Shown: piece after piece, positions 19,615-32,012 of the stretch
How the letters are laid out: each line of letters opens with the position of its first letter
Position numbering within the stretch: position 1 is the first letter of the stretch
Source: Pseudomonadota bacterium
GTDB taxonomy: Bacteria; Pseudomonadota; Alphaproteobacteria; Sphingomonadales; Sphingomonadaceae
Length of the DNA stretch: 64,000 bases
Assembly: GCA_046733175.1 (NCBI GenBank)
Contig: JBKPOO010000027.1
Span: 2,583-66,582 of the forward strand
Reading direction: 5' to 3'
The notes under the pieces: generated by a model
Seen by the model: only the letters and a program-made list of their open reading frames with translations
Database searches by the model: none
What the model was told of the DNA's origin: nothing
Position numbers and translations under genes: made by a program

Positions 19615-19693
19615 CCCATGAACAGAATAGACATGCCGGGGGCATGTCGTAACCTGTCCCCCGGACAGGTTGATTCTGTTCATTTCGCATGGG
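19615..19693. other. three-way-junction type nested inverted repeats upstream of atpH
   Basis: The outer stem pairs ATGAACAGAAT (19618-19628) with ATTCTGTTCAT (19673-19683), extended by CCCATG/CATGGG. It encloses two perfect hairpins: GACATGCC-ggg-GGCATGTC (19630-19648) and AACCTGTCC-ccc-GGACAGGTT (19651-19671). Confidence 0.6.
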
Positions 19694-19723
19694 GCAACAT
19701 TCCGTTTCTGGAGCTTTTCGCGC

Positions 19724-20278
19724 GTGGAGACATCCGGCGGCATTCGAGCCAGCTTAGCAGGGCGCTACGCGTCGGCGCTGTTTGACCTTGCGCGGAACGA
19801 GCGGCAGATCGATGCGGTCGGCCGCAGTCTCGATGGGCTGAATCAGGCTCTGCTCGATTCGAAGGATTTTGCCGAGCTGATCGAAAGCCCGCTGGTGTCG
19901 CGCGACGAGGCGGGCAAGGCATTTTCCGCACTGACCGCAGAGCTTGGGGTCGATCCCATCACCGCCAATTTCCTCGGTGTCCTCGCGCGGAACGGCCGTA
20001 AGAAGGAGCTTCGGGCCGTCATCCGCGCGTTTCGCCGCCTGGCTGCCGAGCATCGCGGCGAAACCACCGCCGACGTGATCACGGCCCGGCCGTTGAACGA
20101 CGACCAGGTCGCTGCTCTGAAGCAGCAGCTCCGCACTCGCGCCGGCCGCGATGTCACCATCGACGCGCAGGTGGATCCGAACATTCTCGGAGGAATCGTC
20201 GTCAAGCTGGGAAGCCAGATGATCGACGCCTCGATCCGCACCAAACTCAACCGACTCGCTTTGGCGATGAAAGGCTAA
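19724..20278 (+). CDS. atpH: F1 ATP synthase subunit delta
   Basis: ORF 19670..20278(+) trimmed to GTG 19724. The sequence has LAGRYASALFDLA... and ...GGIVVKLGSQMIDASIRTKL. It is the first gene of atpHAGDC. Confidence 0.9.
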   Translation: METSGGIRASLAGRYASALFDLARNERQIDAVGRSLDGLNQALLDSKDFAELIESPLVSRDEAGKAFSALTAELGVDPITANFLGVLARNGRKKELRAVIRAFRRLAAEHRGETTADVITARPLNDDQVAALKQQLRTRAGRDVTIDAQVDPNILGGIVVKLGSQMIDASIRTKLNRLALAMKG

Positions 20279-21817
<1,539 letters not shown>

Positions 21818-21821
21818 TGTC

Positions 21822-21937
21822 CTTCGAGACGCCGCCTCGACAGGCTCAGCGGCTCCTCAGGATGAGCGGCTTTCCCTTGTCCGCTCATGCTGAGGAGGGA
21901 CTGAGCGCGCGAAGCGCGTCGAAGGCCCGTCTCGAAG
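21822..21937. repeat. nested-palindrome intergenic repeat, copy A (REP/MITE-like)
   Basis: The outer stem pairs CTTCGAGACG with CGTCTCGAAG. The inner stem pairs CCTCAGGATGAGCGG with CCGCTCATGCTGAGG. A second copy lies at 37894-38002. Copy A occupies the atpA-atpG spacer. Confidence 0.75.
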
Positions 21938-21955
21938 CACGCGCGAGAAGTTAGG

Positions 21956-24386
<2,431 letters not shown>

Positions 24387-24419
24387 GCCCTGTCGAACGA
24401 GCTTCGCCTCGAAGATTGC

Positions 24420-24575
24420 GTGAACGAACGCTGCCCCTGGTCCGGTGAGCCCGTCAGCGCGGATAGCCTGACGCTCTACAACGGCAAGGTCGTCGGTTTC
24501 TGCAACACTGGCTGCCGCGACAAATTCGAGGCGGCGACACGCGCGTTCGACGCGAAGATTGAAGGCAAGGACTAA
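24420..24575 (+). CDS. small Cys-rich protein, TRASH/YHS-like (51 aa from GTG 24420; 61 aa if CTG 24390 is used)
   Basis: Own translation, because the ORF is below the track cutoff: (LSNELRLEDC)[51 protein letters not shown]. The TAA overlaps the atpC ATG (TAATG). 42 of 51 codons end in G/C. The Cys spacing fits C-x19-22-C-x3-C. Confidence 0.5.
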   Translation: MNERCPWSGEPVSADSLTLYNGKVVGFCNTGCRDKFEAATRAFDAKIEGKD

Positions 24576-24844
24576 TGGCGGATCTGCATTTCGAGCTCGT
24601 CACGCCGGACCGCCTCGTAATGTCCGACGACGTCCACATGGTCGTCGTCCCCGGCAGCGAGGGCGAATCCGGAATCATGGCAGGTCACGCGCCTTACATG
24701 ACCACCCTGCGTGACGGCGTGGTGGCGGTTTATCGCTCAGCCGGAGCAGCGCCTGAGAAAATCTCGATCACCGGCGGATTTGCGGAAGTCAGCGACAAGG
24801 GCCTGACCGTTCTCGCCGAGAGCGCGGGCGAAACGGCCGCCTAA
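24575..24844 (+). CDS. atpC: F1 ATP synthase subunit epsilon (short form, beta-sandwich domain only)
   Basis: 89-aa ORF starting [45 protein letters not shown]... It is the last gene of the operon. Confidence 0.9.
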   Translation: MADLHFELVTPDRLVMSDDVHMVVVPGSEGESGIMAGHAPYMTTLRDGVVAVYRSAGAAPEKISITGGFAEVSDKGLTVLAESAGETAA

Positions 24845-24902
24845 CAGCTTTACCCGGCGTTAACCACGCTCGGTCAAATGGTCCCTCAAGGCGAGGGACA
24901 GT

Positions 24903-26033
24903 ATGCTTCATTCGGTCATCGACAAATTCGCGGAAGTCGAAGCTCTCGTTCTTCCGTTGCAGGTGACGATCGTCGTCCCGACGCTCAACGAACGCGACAA
25001 TATCGAGCCGCTCCTGTCGCGGATGGAGACGGCTCTGGCGGCATTTTCATGGGAGCTGATCTTCGTCGACGACGCGTCGACCGATGGCACTCCTGAACTG
25101 ATCCACCGTATCGCGCAGTTCGATCGCCGCATCCGGCTGATCCGGCGGTTCGGGCGCCGCGGCCTGGCTTCGGCCGTGGTCGAGGGCGCGCTGTCCTCGA
25201 CCACGCCGGTGATCGCGGTGATCGATGCAGATCTCCAGCACGACGAAACGACCCTCCCCCGATTGATCGAGCCGTTGCTTGCAGGACAGGCCGACATTGC
25301 GCTCGGCACCCGCTATTCGAACGGCGGATCCACGCAGGGGTGGGAAAAACGGCGATTGCGCATCAGCCGCGCGGCAACCTGGATCGCTGATCGCATGCTC
25401 AAAGCACCATGCAGCGACCCGATGAGCGGCTTGTTCGCGGTCCGGCGGGAAACTCTGCTCGCGGCACAGCCGCGCCTGTCCAACGTCGGTTACAAGATCC
25501 TCTTCGACATCATCGCGTCCTCACCGGCTCCGCCGCGAATTGCCGAAGTGCCGTATCGCTTCGGCACCCGGCACAGCGGCGAAAGCAAACTCGATCAGGC
25601 TGTCGCCCTGCAATATGTCGAGATGCTGCTCGACAAGCTTGTCGGGCGCTGGGTTCCGGCGAAAATGCTGATGTTTGCTGCGGTCGGAGCGCTGGGCGTG
25701 TTCGTGCACCTCGCTCTCCTCGACTTCGGGCTCAACATCAAGTTGGCGTTCGGAAGCGCGCAAGCGGCCGCTGTGATCGGCGCAATGACGTTCAATTTCG
25801 CGCTGAACAACAGCATCACCTATCGCGATCGGCAGCTGAAGGGTCTCGCGTGGCTGCGGGGGCTGATCAGCTTTTACGCGGTCTGCTCCGTGGGCGCGGT
25901 TGGGAACGTCGGGATCGGGTCGCTGGTCTATCAGCAATTTTCCACCTGGTGGATTGCCGGCATCGCCGGGGCAGTGGTCGGATCGGTTTGGAACTATGTC
26001 GCGAGCGGATGGCTGACGTGGACGCGGCGGTAG
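24903..26033 (+). CDS. GT2 polyprenyl-phosphate glycosyltransferase fused to a GtrA-like membrane domain
   Basis: 376-aa ORF. The GT2 core carries VVPTLNERDNI, FVDDASTDGT and DADLQHD. The C-terminal part has about 4 TM segments of GtrA type. Confidence 0.85.
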   Translation: MLHSVIDKFAEVEALVLPLQVTIVVPTLNERDNIEPLLSRMETALAAFSWELIFVDDASTDGTPELIHRIAQFDRRIRLIRRFGRRGLASAVVEGALSSTTPVIAVIDADLQHDETTLPRLIEPLLAGQADIALGTRYSNGGSTQGWEKRRLRISRAATWIADRMLKAPCSDPMSGLFAVRRETLLAAQPRLSNVGYKILFDIIASSPAPPRIAEVPYRFGTRHSGESKLDQAVALQYVEMLLDKLVGRWVPAKMLMFAAVGALGVFVHLALLDFGLNIKLAFGSAQAAAVIGAMTFNFALNNSITYRDRQLKGLAWLRGLISFYAVCSVGAVGNVGIGSLVYQQFSTWWIAGIAGAVVGSVWNYVASGWLTWTRR

Positions 26034-27532
26034 GTTCGATCGACATTTCGACGCCGGCTAGCGCGCGTCTTTTTCCCACACGGCAGACGGCCATTGCCGC
26101 GGTGTTTTTGCTGACGGCGGTCGTCACCCGCCTCAGCGCCTTCGGCAACCCGCTGTTTCACGTCGATGACCAATTCTATCTGCTGGTCGGCCAGTCGATG
26201 CTTCACGGGCAATTGCCCTACGTCGACATCTGGGACCGCAAGCCGCTCGGCCTCTTCCTGATCTATGCCGGAATCGCTGCGCTCGGCGGCAGCGGAATCC
26301 CGCAGTACCAAATCGTAGCCGGCCTATTCGCCTTAGCGACGGCCTTGGTGATCCAGCGCATTGCAAGCCGACTGACGAATACGCTCGGCAGCACGCTCGC
26401 GGGCGTGGCCTATCTCGTCATGCTCCCGCTCTTCGGAGGGCAAGGCGGACAGTCGCCGGTCTTCTATAATCTTTTCATCTCCGGTGCCGTGCTCCTGGCA
26501 ATCCGGGCCATCGAGGACGGCCTAAGCCCCCGCTTTCATCGCCGCGCGCTGGCCGCGATGCTGCTTTGCGGACTGGCGATGACGGTGAAGCAGGTCTCGT
26601 TCGTCGAAGGAGCCTTCGTTGGGCTCATGTTCCTGTTGGTTGCGTATCGAAAGGGAATGCCGCTTCCGTCGATGGGCGGCCTTGCGGCAGCAATGGTTGC
26701 GGCCGCCTTGCTCCCCACCTTTTTATGCCTGCTCGCCTACGCGGCAGCCGGGCATCTCTCTGCCTTCGTTTTTGCGAATTTCATCTCGATCTTTCAAAAG
26801 AGCGGGCACGGACTTTGGGCGAAGCTCGGCGGAATTGCATATCTCCTGCTCTTCATGGGTCCTCTGACGATCTTCGCCGTGTGTGGATCCGTCATCCGCT
26901 CGCGCTCGGAGATCCCGCAGTCGCAGCTCCGCACCTTGGTAAACGGATGGATCGTCGCCTCCGTCCTCGGCTTGCTCGTGGTCCCGAATTTCTACGACCA
27001 CTACAGCCTGCCCCTGCTCGTCCCGCTTTGCGTCTCGGCATCCACCTTTTTTGCTCGGCCACTGGGGCCGCTGTTTGCCGGAATTCTGCTGATCTTCGGG
27101 AACTCGAACAGCGATCTCACGGGTTTTGCTCGAAACCAGCACGCAAAAGCCGTATTTCCGCGAATGGCGGCAACCGTGGAAGCAAACCTCGATGGCGGTT
27201 GTCTCTTCGTCGCATCCGGCCCGGGCCTCCTCTACAGCGCGGTTCCTGCGTGCCGGCTTACGCCTTACTTGTTCGGCGATCATCTCATGCTGCGCGTCGA
27301 GCGCGGGGCTATCGGTGCCGACACTCGGCAGGAACTGCGGCGGATCCTGTCGCTCCGCCCGGCCGTGATCGTGCTTGAAAGTGGGTCGACGGCGCCCCTT
27401 GACCCGGCAAATAGCGCCTTCCTCGCAGACGAACTTCTTGCAAATTACCGCCTCGTCGAGGTGGAACAGGTCTACGAGCGTCTGGAGGATCGCCATTACC
27501 AGGTGTGGGCGCTCCGGCGAGCCCGGAATTAA
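26009..27532 (+). CDS. GT-C fold membrane glycosyltransferase (ArnT/PMT-like)
   Basis: C-terminal 507 codons of ORF 25409..27532(+) from ATG 26009, which overlaps the GT2 gene end by 25 nt. It is polytopic, with a first-loop acidic motif HVDDQFY. Confidence 0.7.
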   Translation: MADVDAAVGSIDISTPASARLFPTRQTAIAAVFLLTAVVTRLSAFGNPLFHVDDQFYLLVGQSMLHGQLPYVDIWDRKPLGLFLIYAGIAALGGSGIPQYQIVAGLFALATALVIQRIASRLTNTLGSTLAGVAYLVMLPLFGGQGGQSPVFYNLFISGAVLLAIRAIEDGLSPRFHRRALAAMLLCGLAMTVKQVSFVEGAFVGLMFLLVAYRKGMPLPSMGGLAAAMVAAALLPTFLCLLAYAAAGHLSAFVFANFISIFQKSGHGLWAKLGGIAYLLLFMGPLTIFAVCGSVIRSRSEIPQSQLRTLVNGWIVASVLGLLVVPNFYDHYSLPLLVPLCVSASTFFARPLGPLFAGILLIFGNSNSDLTGFARNQHAKAVFPRMAATVEANLDGGCLFVASGPGLLYSAVPACRLTPYLFGDHLMLRVERGAIGADTRQELRRILSLRPAVIVLESGSTAPLDPANSAFLADELLANYRLVEVEQVYERLEDRHYQVWALRRARN

Positions 27533-27607
27533 CGCAATTAGCTTTTTCTAAAAGTTTCGGTCCTATTCACCACCTCGACTAAGCGGAACCGCATTGGACG
27601 GGATGGG

Positions 27608-29134
27608 ATGAGCGCATTCGGCAAGCGTGGCGGCATGGGTGGCGGGCGTCCGAGTTTCGGCGTCGCCAAGCCGATGAAGGGCAGCCCTGGCAAGCAACAG
27701 GCGATTCCTTCGGAGCCCGAGGGCGGCGAGCAATTCCCGCCGCTCGATGAGCTTACTCCGCCGGTCGACGCTCCGTCCGCGGAAGGCGGTTCGGCGCCGA
27801 TGGGTGCGATGGACAAGCTCGCTGCCCGCCAGAACGCGAGCGGCGACCAAGGCAGCAGCAAGTCGGAAGGCTTCGAGGCCTCGGTTCACCGGATCAAGGA
27901 GCAGGTGCTTCCGCGCCTGCTGGAGCGCGTCGACCCCGAAGCCGCGGCCACCCTCTCCAAGGACGAGCTTGCCGAGGAATTCCGGCCGATCATTTCGGAA
28001 GTCCTGACCGAGCTTAAGATCAACTTGAACCGTCGCGAGCAGTTCGCGCTTGAGAAAGTGCTCGTTGACGAGCTGTTGGGCCTTGGGCCGCTGGAAGAAT
28101 TGCTCGCCGATCCGGCCGTCAGCGACATCATGGTCAACGGTCCCGACCAGACCTACGTCGAGCGCAAGGGCAAGCTCGAGATTGCCTCGATCCAGTTCCG
28201 CGACGAGGAGCATCTGTTCCAGATCGCGCAGCGGATCGTGAACAAGGTCGGGCGCCGTATCGACCAGACCACCCCGCTCTGCGACGCGCGCTTGCAGGAC
28301 GGCAGCCGCGTCAACGTCATCGTTCCGCCGCTCTCGCTTCGCGGCACCGCCATCTCGATCCGCAAATTCTCCGAGAAGCCGATCACCATCGACATGATGA
28401 AGAGCTTCGGGTCGATGTCGGAGAAGATGGCGACGGTGTTGAAGATCGCCGGCGCGAGCCGGATGAACGTCATCATCTCGGGCGGTACCGGCTCGGGTAA
28501 GACGACGATGCTCAACGCCCTGTCGAAGATGATCGACCCTGGCGAGCGCGTGATCACCATCGAGGACGCGGCCGAGCTTCGTCTGCAGCAGCCGCACTGG
28601 CTGCCGCTGGAAACCCGCCCGGCCAACCTCGAAGGCCAAGGCGCGATCACCATCCGCGACCTCGTCATCAACGCGCTGCGTATGCGCCCGGACCGAATCA
28701 TCCTGGGCGAGATTCGCGGCCAGGAGTGTTTCGACCTCCTGGCGGCCATGAACACGGGCCACGACGGTTCGATGGCGACGCTTCACTCCAACTCCCCGCG
28801 CGAATGCCTAGCGCGTATGGAGAACATGGTGATGATGTCCGACATCAAGATCCCGAAGGAGGCGATCAGCCGTCAGATCGCGGACTCGGTCGACCTCATC
28901 GTCCAGGTGAAACGCCTCCGCGACGGTTCGCGCCGCACGACCAACATCACCGAAGTGATCGGCATGGAAGGGGACGTCATCGTCACCCAGGAGCTGTTCA
29001 AGTTCGAATATATGGACGAAACCGCCGACGGGAAAATCCTGGGCGAGTATCGCTCAATGGGCCTTCGCCCCTACACGCTCGACAAAGCCAAGCAGTACGG
29101 CTTCGACCAGCCATACCTCGAAGCCTGCCTCTAA
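27608..29134 (+). CDS. cpaF: CpaF/TadA-type secretion ATPase
   Basis: 508-aa ORF with a disordered Gly/Pro-rich N-terminus, Walker A GGTGSGKTT, and the motifs ITIEDAAEL and GEIRG. Confidence 0.9.
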   Translation: MSAFGKRGGMGGGRPSFGVAKPMKGSPGKQQAIPSEPEGGEQFPPLDELTPPVDAPSAEGGSAPMGAMDKLAARQNASGDQGSSKSEGFEASVHRIKEQVLPRLLERVDPEAAATLSKDELAEEFRPIISEVLTELKINLNRREQFALEKVLVDELLGLGPLEELLADPAVSDIMVNGPDQTYVERKGKLEIASIQFRDEEHLFQIAQRIVNKVGRRIDQTTPLCDARLQDGSRVNVIVPPLSLRGTAISIRKFSEKPITIDMMKSFGSMSEKMATVLKIAGASRMNVIISGGTGSGKTTMLNALSKMIDPGERVITIEDAAELRLQQPHWLPLETRPANLEGQGAITIRDLVINALRMRPDRIILGEIRGQECFDLLAAMNTGHDGSMATLHSNSPRECLARMENMVMMSDIKIPKEAISRQIADSVDLIVQVKRLRDGSRRTTNITEVIGMEGDVIVTQELFKFEYMDETADGKILGEYRSMGLRPYTLDKAKQYGFDQPYLEACL

Positions 29135-29180
29135 AAGCTCCGCTTGCCGCCCGTCGCGACGGCCGTTAGCCTTCGGCCGC

Positions 29181-29966
29181 ATGGCGGACGAAGCCCACAC
29201 ATTGGGGTTCGGAGTGACGTACGACATGGTGGCCGCGCGGACCGCATGCGGCCAGCTGCTCACCCTCACTTCTCATCGCTCGGACGATCAAATCCCGCCG
29301 CACAAGCATATCAACAATTATCTGTGCATCGTCCTCAACGGCGGTTTCTCCGAGCAGGAGGGTAAGCGCTGGCACGAACGGCTGAGCGGCGGCTTCTTTA
29401 TCCATCGGGCCGGAGAGATCCATCACGACCGGTTCGGCCCGCGGGGGGCGGTTTGCGTAAATCTCCATTTCCCCGCAGGCGAGCCCGGGCCGGCCGTCGA
29501 GGGCCGATGTTCGCTGGCCACAAGGATTGCCGCACAAAGGCTCGCCTTTGAGCTGGCCGGGAGCTCCCGCGAAGAGTTGGCGATGGCTTCGCTCGCTGCC
29601 GAGATCATGGGAGAGCTCGAGTCCGGCGACGGCTGTTGCAGCGACCGCGGTCGATGGATCGAGCGCATCGTCGAGGCCATTTCGGAAGAGCCCGAGCGGC
29701 GATGGACGCTTGGCGAGCTCGCCCAAATCGCCGACCGCCACCCGGTGCACGTCGCTCAGGCTTTCCGAGCGCGAACGGGGATTTCGCTCGGCGTGTTCCA
29801 GCGCCTGCGGCGGCTGACCTCGGTCAGCCTGGCCTTGCGGACGGCGGCCATGCCCCTGGCCGAACTAGCCGCCGAATTCGGCTATTGCGACCAGTCGCAC
29901 ATGAACACCGAGTTCCGCGCGGCGTTTGGAATCAGCCCGGGCCGCTACCGCCGCGACTTCCACTAA
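29181..29966 (+). CDS. AraC-family transcriptional regulator (cupin + HTH), paralogue 1
   Basis: 261-aa ORF. The C-terminal HTH reads LGELAQIADRHPVHVAQAFR...FGYCDQSHMNTEFRAAFGISPGRYRR. Confidence 0.9.
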   Translation: MADEAHTLGFGVTYDMVAARTACGQLLTLTSHRSDDQIPPHKHINNYLCIVLNGGFSEQEGKRWHERLSGGFFIHRAGEIHHDRFGPRGAVCVNLHFPAGEPGPAVEGRCSLATRIAAQRLAFELAGSSREELAMASLAAEIMGELESGDGCCSDRGRWIERIVEAISEEPERRWTLGELAQIADRHPVHVAQAFRARTGISLGVFQRLRRLTSVSLALRTAAMPLAELAAEFGYCDQSHMNTEFRAAFGISPGRYRRDFH

Positions 29967-29981
29967 TTTCGTCCAAGACAG
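29963..29981 (+). promoter_or_regulatory. conserved 19-nt box, copy 1 (CTAATTTCGTCCAAGACAG)
   Basis: It overlaps the AraC-1 stop codon and ends 31 nt before the ATG at 30012. It matches copy 2 at 18 of 19 positions, and homology continues downstream (GGGG.TCTG..GAG.CT.CG). Confidence 0.55.
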
Positions 29982-30011
29982 CGTCGCTGGGGGTCTGCGA
30001 GGCTCCGCGGA

Positions 30012-31907
30012 ATGTTGATTCGACTGCTTCAGACAATCGTTTGTTGTCTCGCACCCATTGTGCTTTGCAACTCGGTGTCGATGACGCGGGCAAACGCTCA
30101 GGGCGCACCCACGGCACGCCGTGCAATCGCGCTCAACGGCCTGTGGCGTGCGATCCAGCGCTTCGGGCCCGACGAACGCGGGCCGCTGATCATTGAAAAG
30201 ACAGCGGGCGGCTGGGTAGCCGACTTCCTCGGCCGACGTTTCCCCCTTCAGGAGCAAGAGGGCGCGCTTGCCTTCACGCTTCCGGCTGGTCGTGGATCGC
30301 TGCGTGCAAAGGTGGGGCCGGATGGCGGGATTTCAGGCGGCCAGTGGTTTCAGCCTGCATCACCGGTCGCGCCCGGTTATGCGAGCAACATCGTGTTCCG
30401 TCCCGCGGGTCACGGACGCTGGATCGGCCAGGTCATGCCATGGGACGATCGATTCACGCTCTACTTGATGATCGAGCGTCACTCCGACGGCACCATCGGC
30501 GCCTTCATTCGAAATCCCGAGCGTAATGCCGGCTTTATCGAAGGCGTCGACGCGCTTGAGCTGGACGGGTCGTCAGTGAGGCTGACCGGCCGTCCGGGCG
30601 GCCGCGGAGAACGCCGGATTGTCGCAACCGGTTCTCTCGATGCGGACAATGGAGTCATTCGGCTCAACTTCCCCGATTGGGGAGGCAGCTATGATTTTAC
30701 TCGCCAGGGCGACGACAGCGATTTCTGGCCGCGGGGCCGAAATCCGGGCATCTACACCTATCATCCGCCGCCTGCCCTGGACGACGGCTGGCCAGTTGCG
30801 AGCCTCGACGAGCAGAACATCGATCGGCGCGGAATCGAAACATTCATCCAGCGGCTTCTCGATATGCCGATGGACTCCGCGGATGCGCAGGAGGTCAATG
30901 GAATTCTCATCGCACGGCATGGCCGCCTCGTGCTCGAGGAATATTTCCACGGCTTCCATCGTGACCGCCTCACGGTCACGCGATCTGCCGCGAAAAGCAT
31001 AACCGCTACCTTGATCGGCGCGGCGATTCAGGCCGGCCTCCCGGTCCGGCTGACAGATCCCGTCTATCGGGTGATGAACGGTGGTCGTTTTCCCGACGGC
31101 CTTGAAGATCGCAAGCGCGCGATGACGCTGGAACACCTCATGACGATGAGTTCCGGAATCTTTTGCGACGACAGCAATCCCATCGCGCCGGGCAATGAGG
31201 AGGTGATGACGTCGCAGACAAAGGAGCCCGATCTTTGGCGTTACTATATGGCGCTTCCGATGGACCGGGCACCCGGCGAGCGGTCGATATACTGCAGCGG
31301 CGATCCAAACCTGGCGATCGGCGTGCTGTCCCGCGCCACCGGCCAGCAAGCGATGGACTTGTTCGACCGCCTGCTTGCGCGGCCGCTCGGCCTGAAGCGT
31401 CATACGTGGGTCTATTCTCCTGCACTCCAGCCTTATGGCGGCGGCAGTGTCTCGCTCATACCGCGCGACTTCCTGAAATTCGGGCAGCTCATGCTCAACG
31501 GCGGGACATGGGGCGGGCAACGGATCCTGTCGCGTGCTTTCGTTGAGCGTGCCTCGGAACGGCTCTGCCCCCTCAACCGGATCGGATACGGCTATCTGTG
31601 GTGGACAACGGATATGCCGTACAAAGGACGGAAAGTGCGCGTTTATTTCGCTGGCGGCAACGGCGGGCAAGGTGTTCTGGTCGTGCCGGAACTCGACCTC
31701 GTGGTCGAGACTCTCGGCGGAAGCTACAACAGCCGATCCGGTCTCGAAATACAGCAGGGTTATCTCGCCCGCTACATCCTGCCTGCGGTCCGTGAGGCCG
31801 GCGATCCCCGGAACGCTCCGGTGATGCCTCAGGACTTCAAGGTCACATACGGCATCGAACGGCCCGCTCCGCCTTGTCCCGCGTCGGTTTATTCGCGCCC
31901 GTCATGA
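30012..31907 (+). CDS. secreted serine hydrolase: beta-lactamase/DD-peptidase fold with an unassigned ~280-aa N-terminal region, paralogue 1
   Basis: 631-aa ORF with a signal peptide (…CNSVSMTRANA/QG) and SxxK = SAAKS, followed by GYLWW... and GGNGGQG. Confidence 0.8.
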   Translation: MLIRLLQTIVCCLAPIVLCNSVSMTRANAQGAPTARRAIALNGLWRAIQRFGPDERGPLIIEKTAGGWVADFLGRRFPLQEQEGALAFTLPAGRGSLRAKVGPDGGISGGQWFQPASPVAPGYASNIVFRPAGHGRWIGQVMPWDDRFTLYLMIERHSDGTIGAFIRNPERNAGFIEGVDALELDGSSVRLTGRPGGRGERRIVATGSLDADNGVIRLNFPDWGGSYDFTRQGDDSDFWPRGRNPGIYTYHPPPALDDGWPVASLDEQNIDRRGIETFIQRLLDMPMDSADAQEVNGILIARHGRLVLEEYFHGFHRDRLTVTRSAAKSITATLIGAAIQAGLPVRLTDPVYRVMNGGRFPDGLEDRKRAMTLEHLMTMSSGIFCDDSNPIAPGNEEVMTSQTKEPDLWRYYMALPMDRAPGERSIYCSGDPNLAIGVLSRATGQQAMDLFDRLLARPLGLKRHTWVYSPALQPYGGGSVSLIPRDFLKFGQLMLNGGTWGGQRILSRAFVERASERLCPLNRIGYGYLWWTTDMPYKGRKVRVYFAGGNGGQGVLVVPELDLVVETLGGSYNSRSGLEIQQGYLARYILPAVREAGDPRNAPVMPQDFKVTYGIERPAPPCPASVYSRPS

Positions 31908-31945
31908 ACAGAAGAAATTGGGGTTCAAGCGACGCTGGCTTGACC

Positions 31946-31964
31946 CTAATTTCATCCAAGACAG
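31946..31964 (+). promoter_or_regulatory. conserved 19-nt box, copy 2 (CTAATTTCATCCAAGACAG)
   Basis: It ends 49 nt before the ATG at 32013. See copy 1. Confidence 0.55.
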
Positions 31965-32012
31965 GGGTTGGGGTTCTGGTGAGACTTCGACGTCTGCCGC
32001 CGGAGTAGCCCT

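Noticed and set aside
19618-19683. A possible alphaproteobacterial LexA box (GAAC-N7-GAAC) in the arms of the atpH upstream structure.
   Set aside because: The arm reads GAAC-agaatag-ACAT, so the second half-site does not match.
24454-24678. A 74-aa minus-strand ORF across the atpD-atpC spacer and the atpC 5' end.
   Set aside because: It is antisense to atpC and to the better-supported plus-strand Cys-rich ORF, and it has no RBS or motif.
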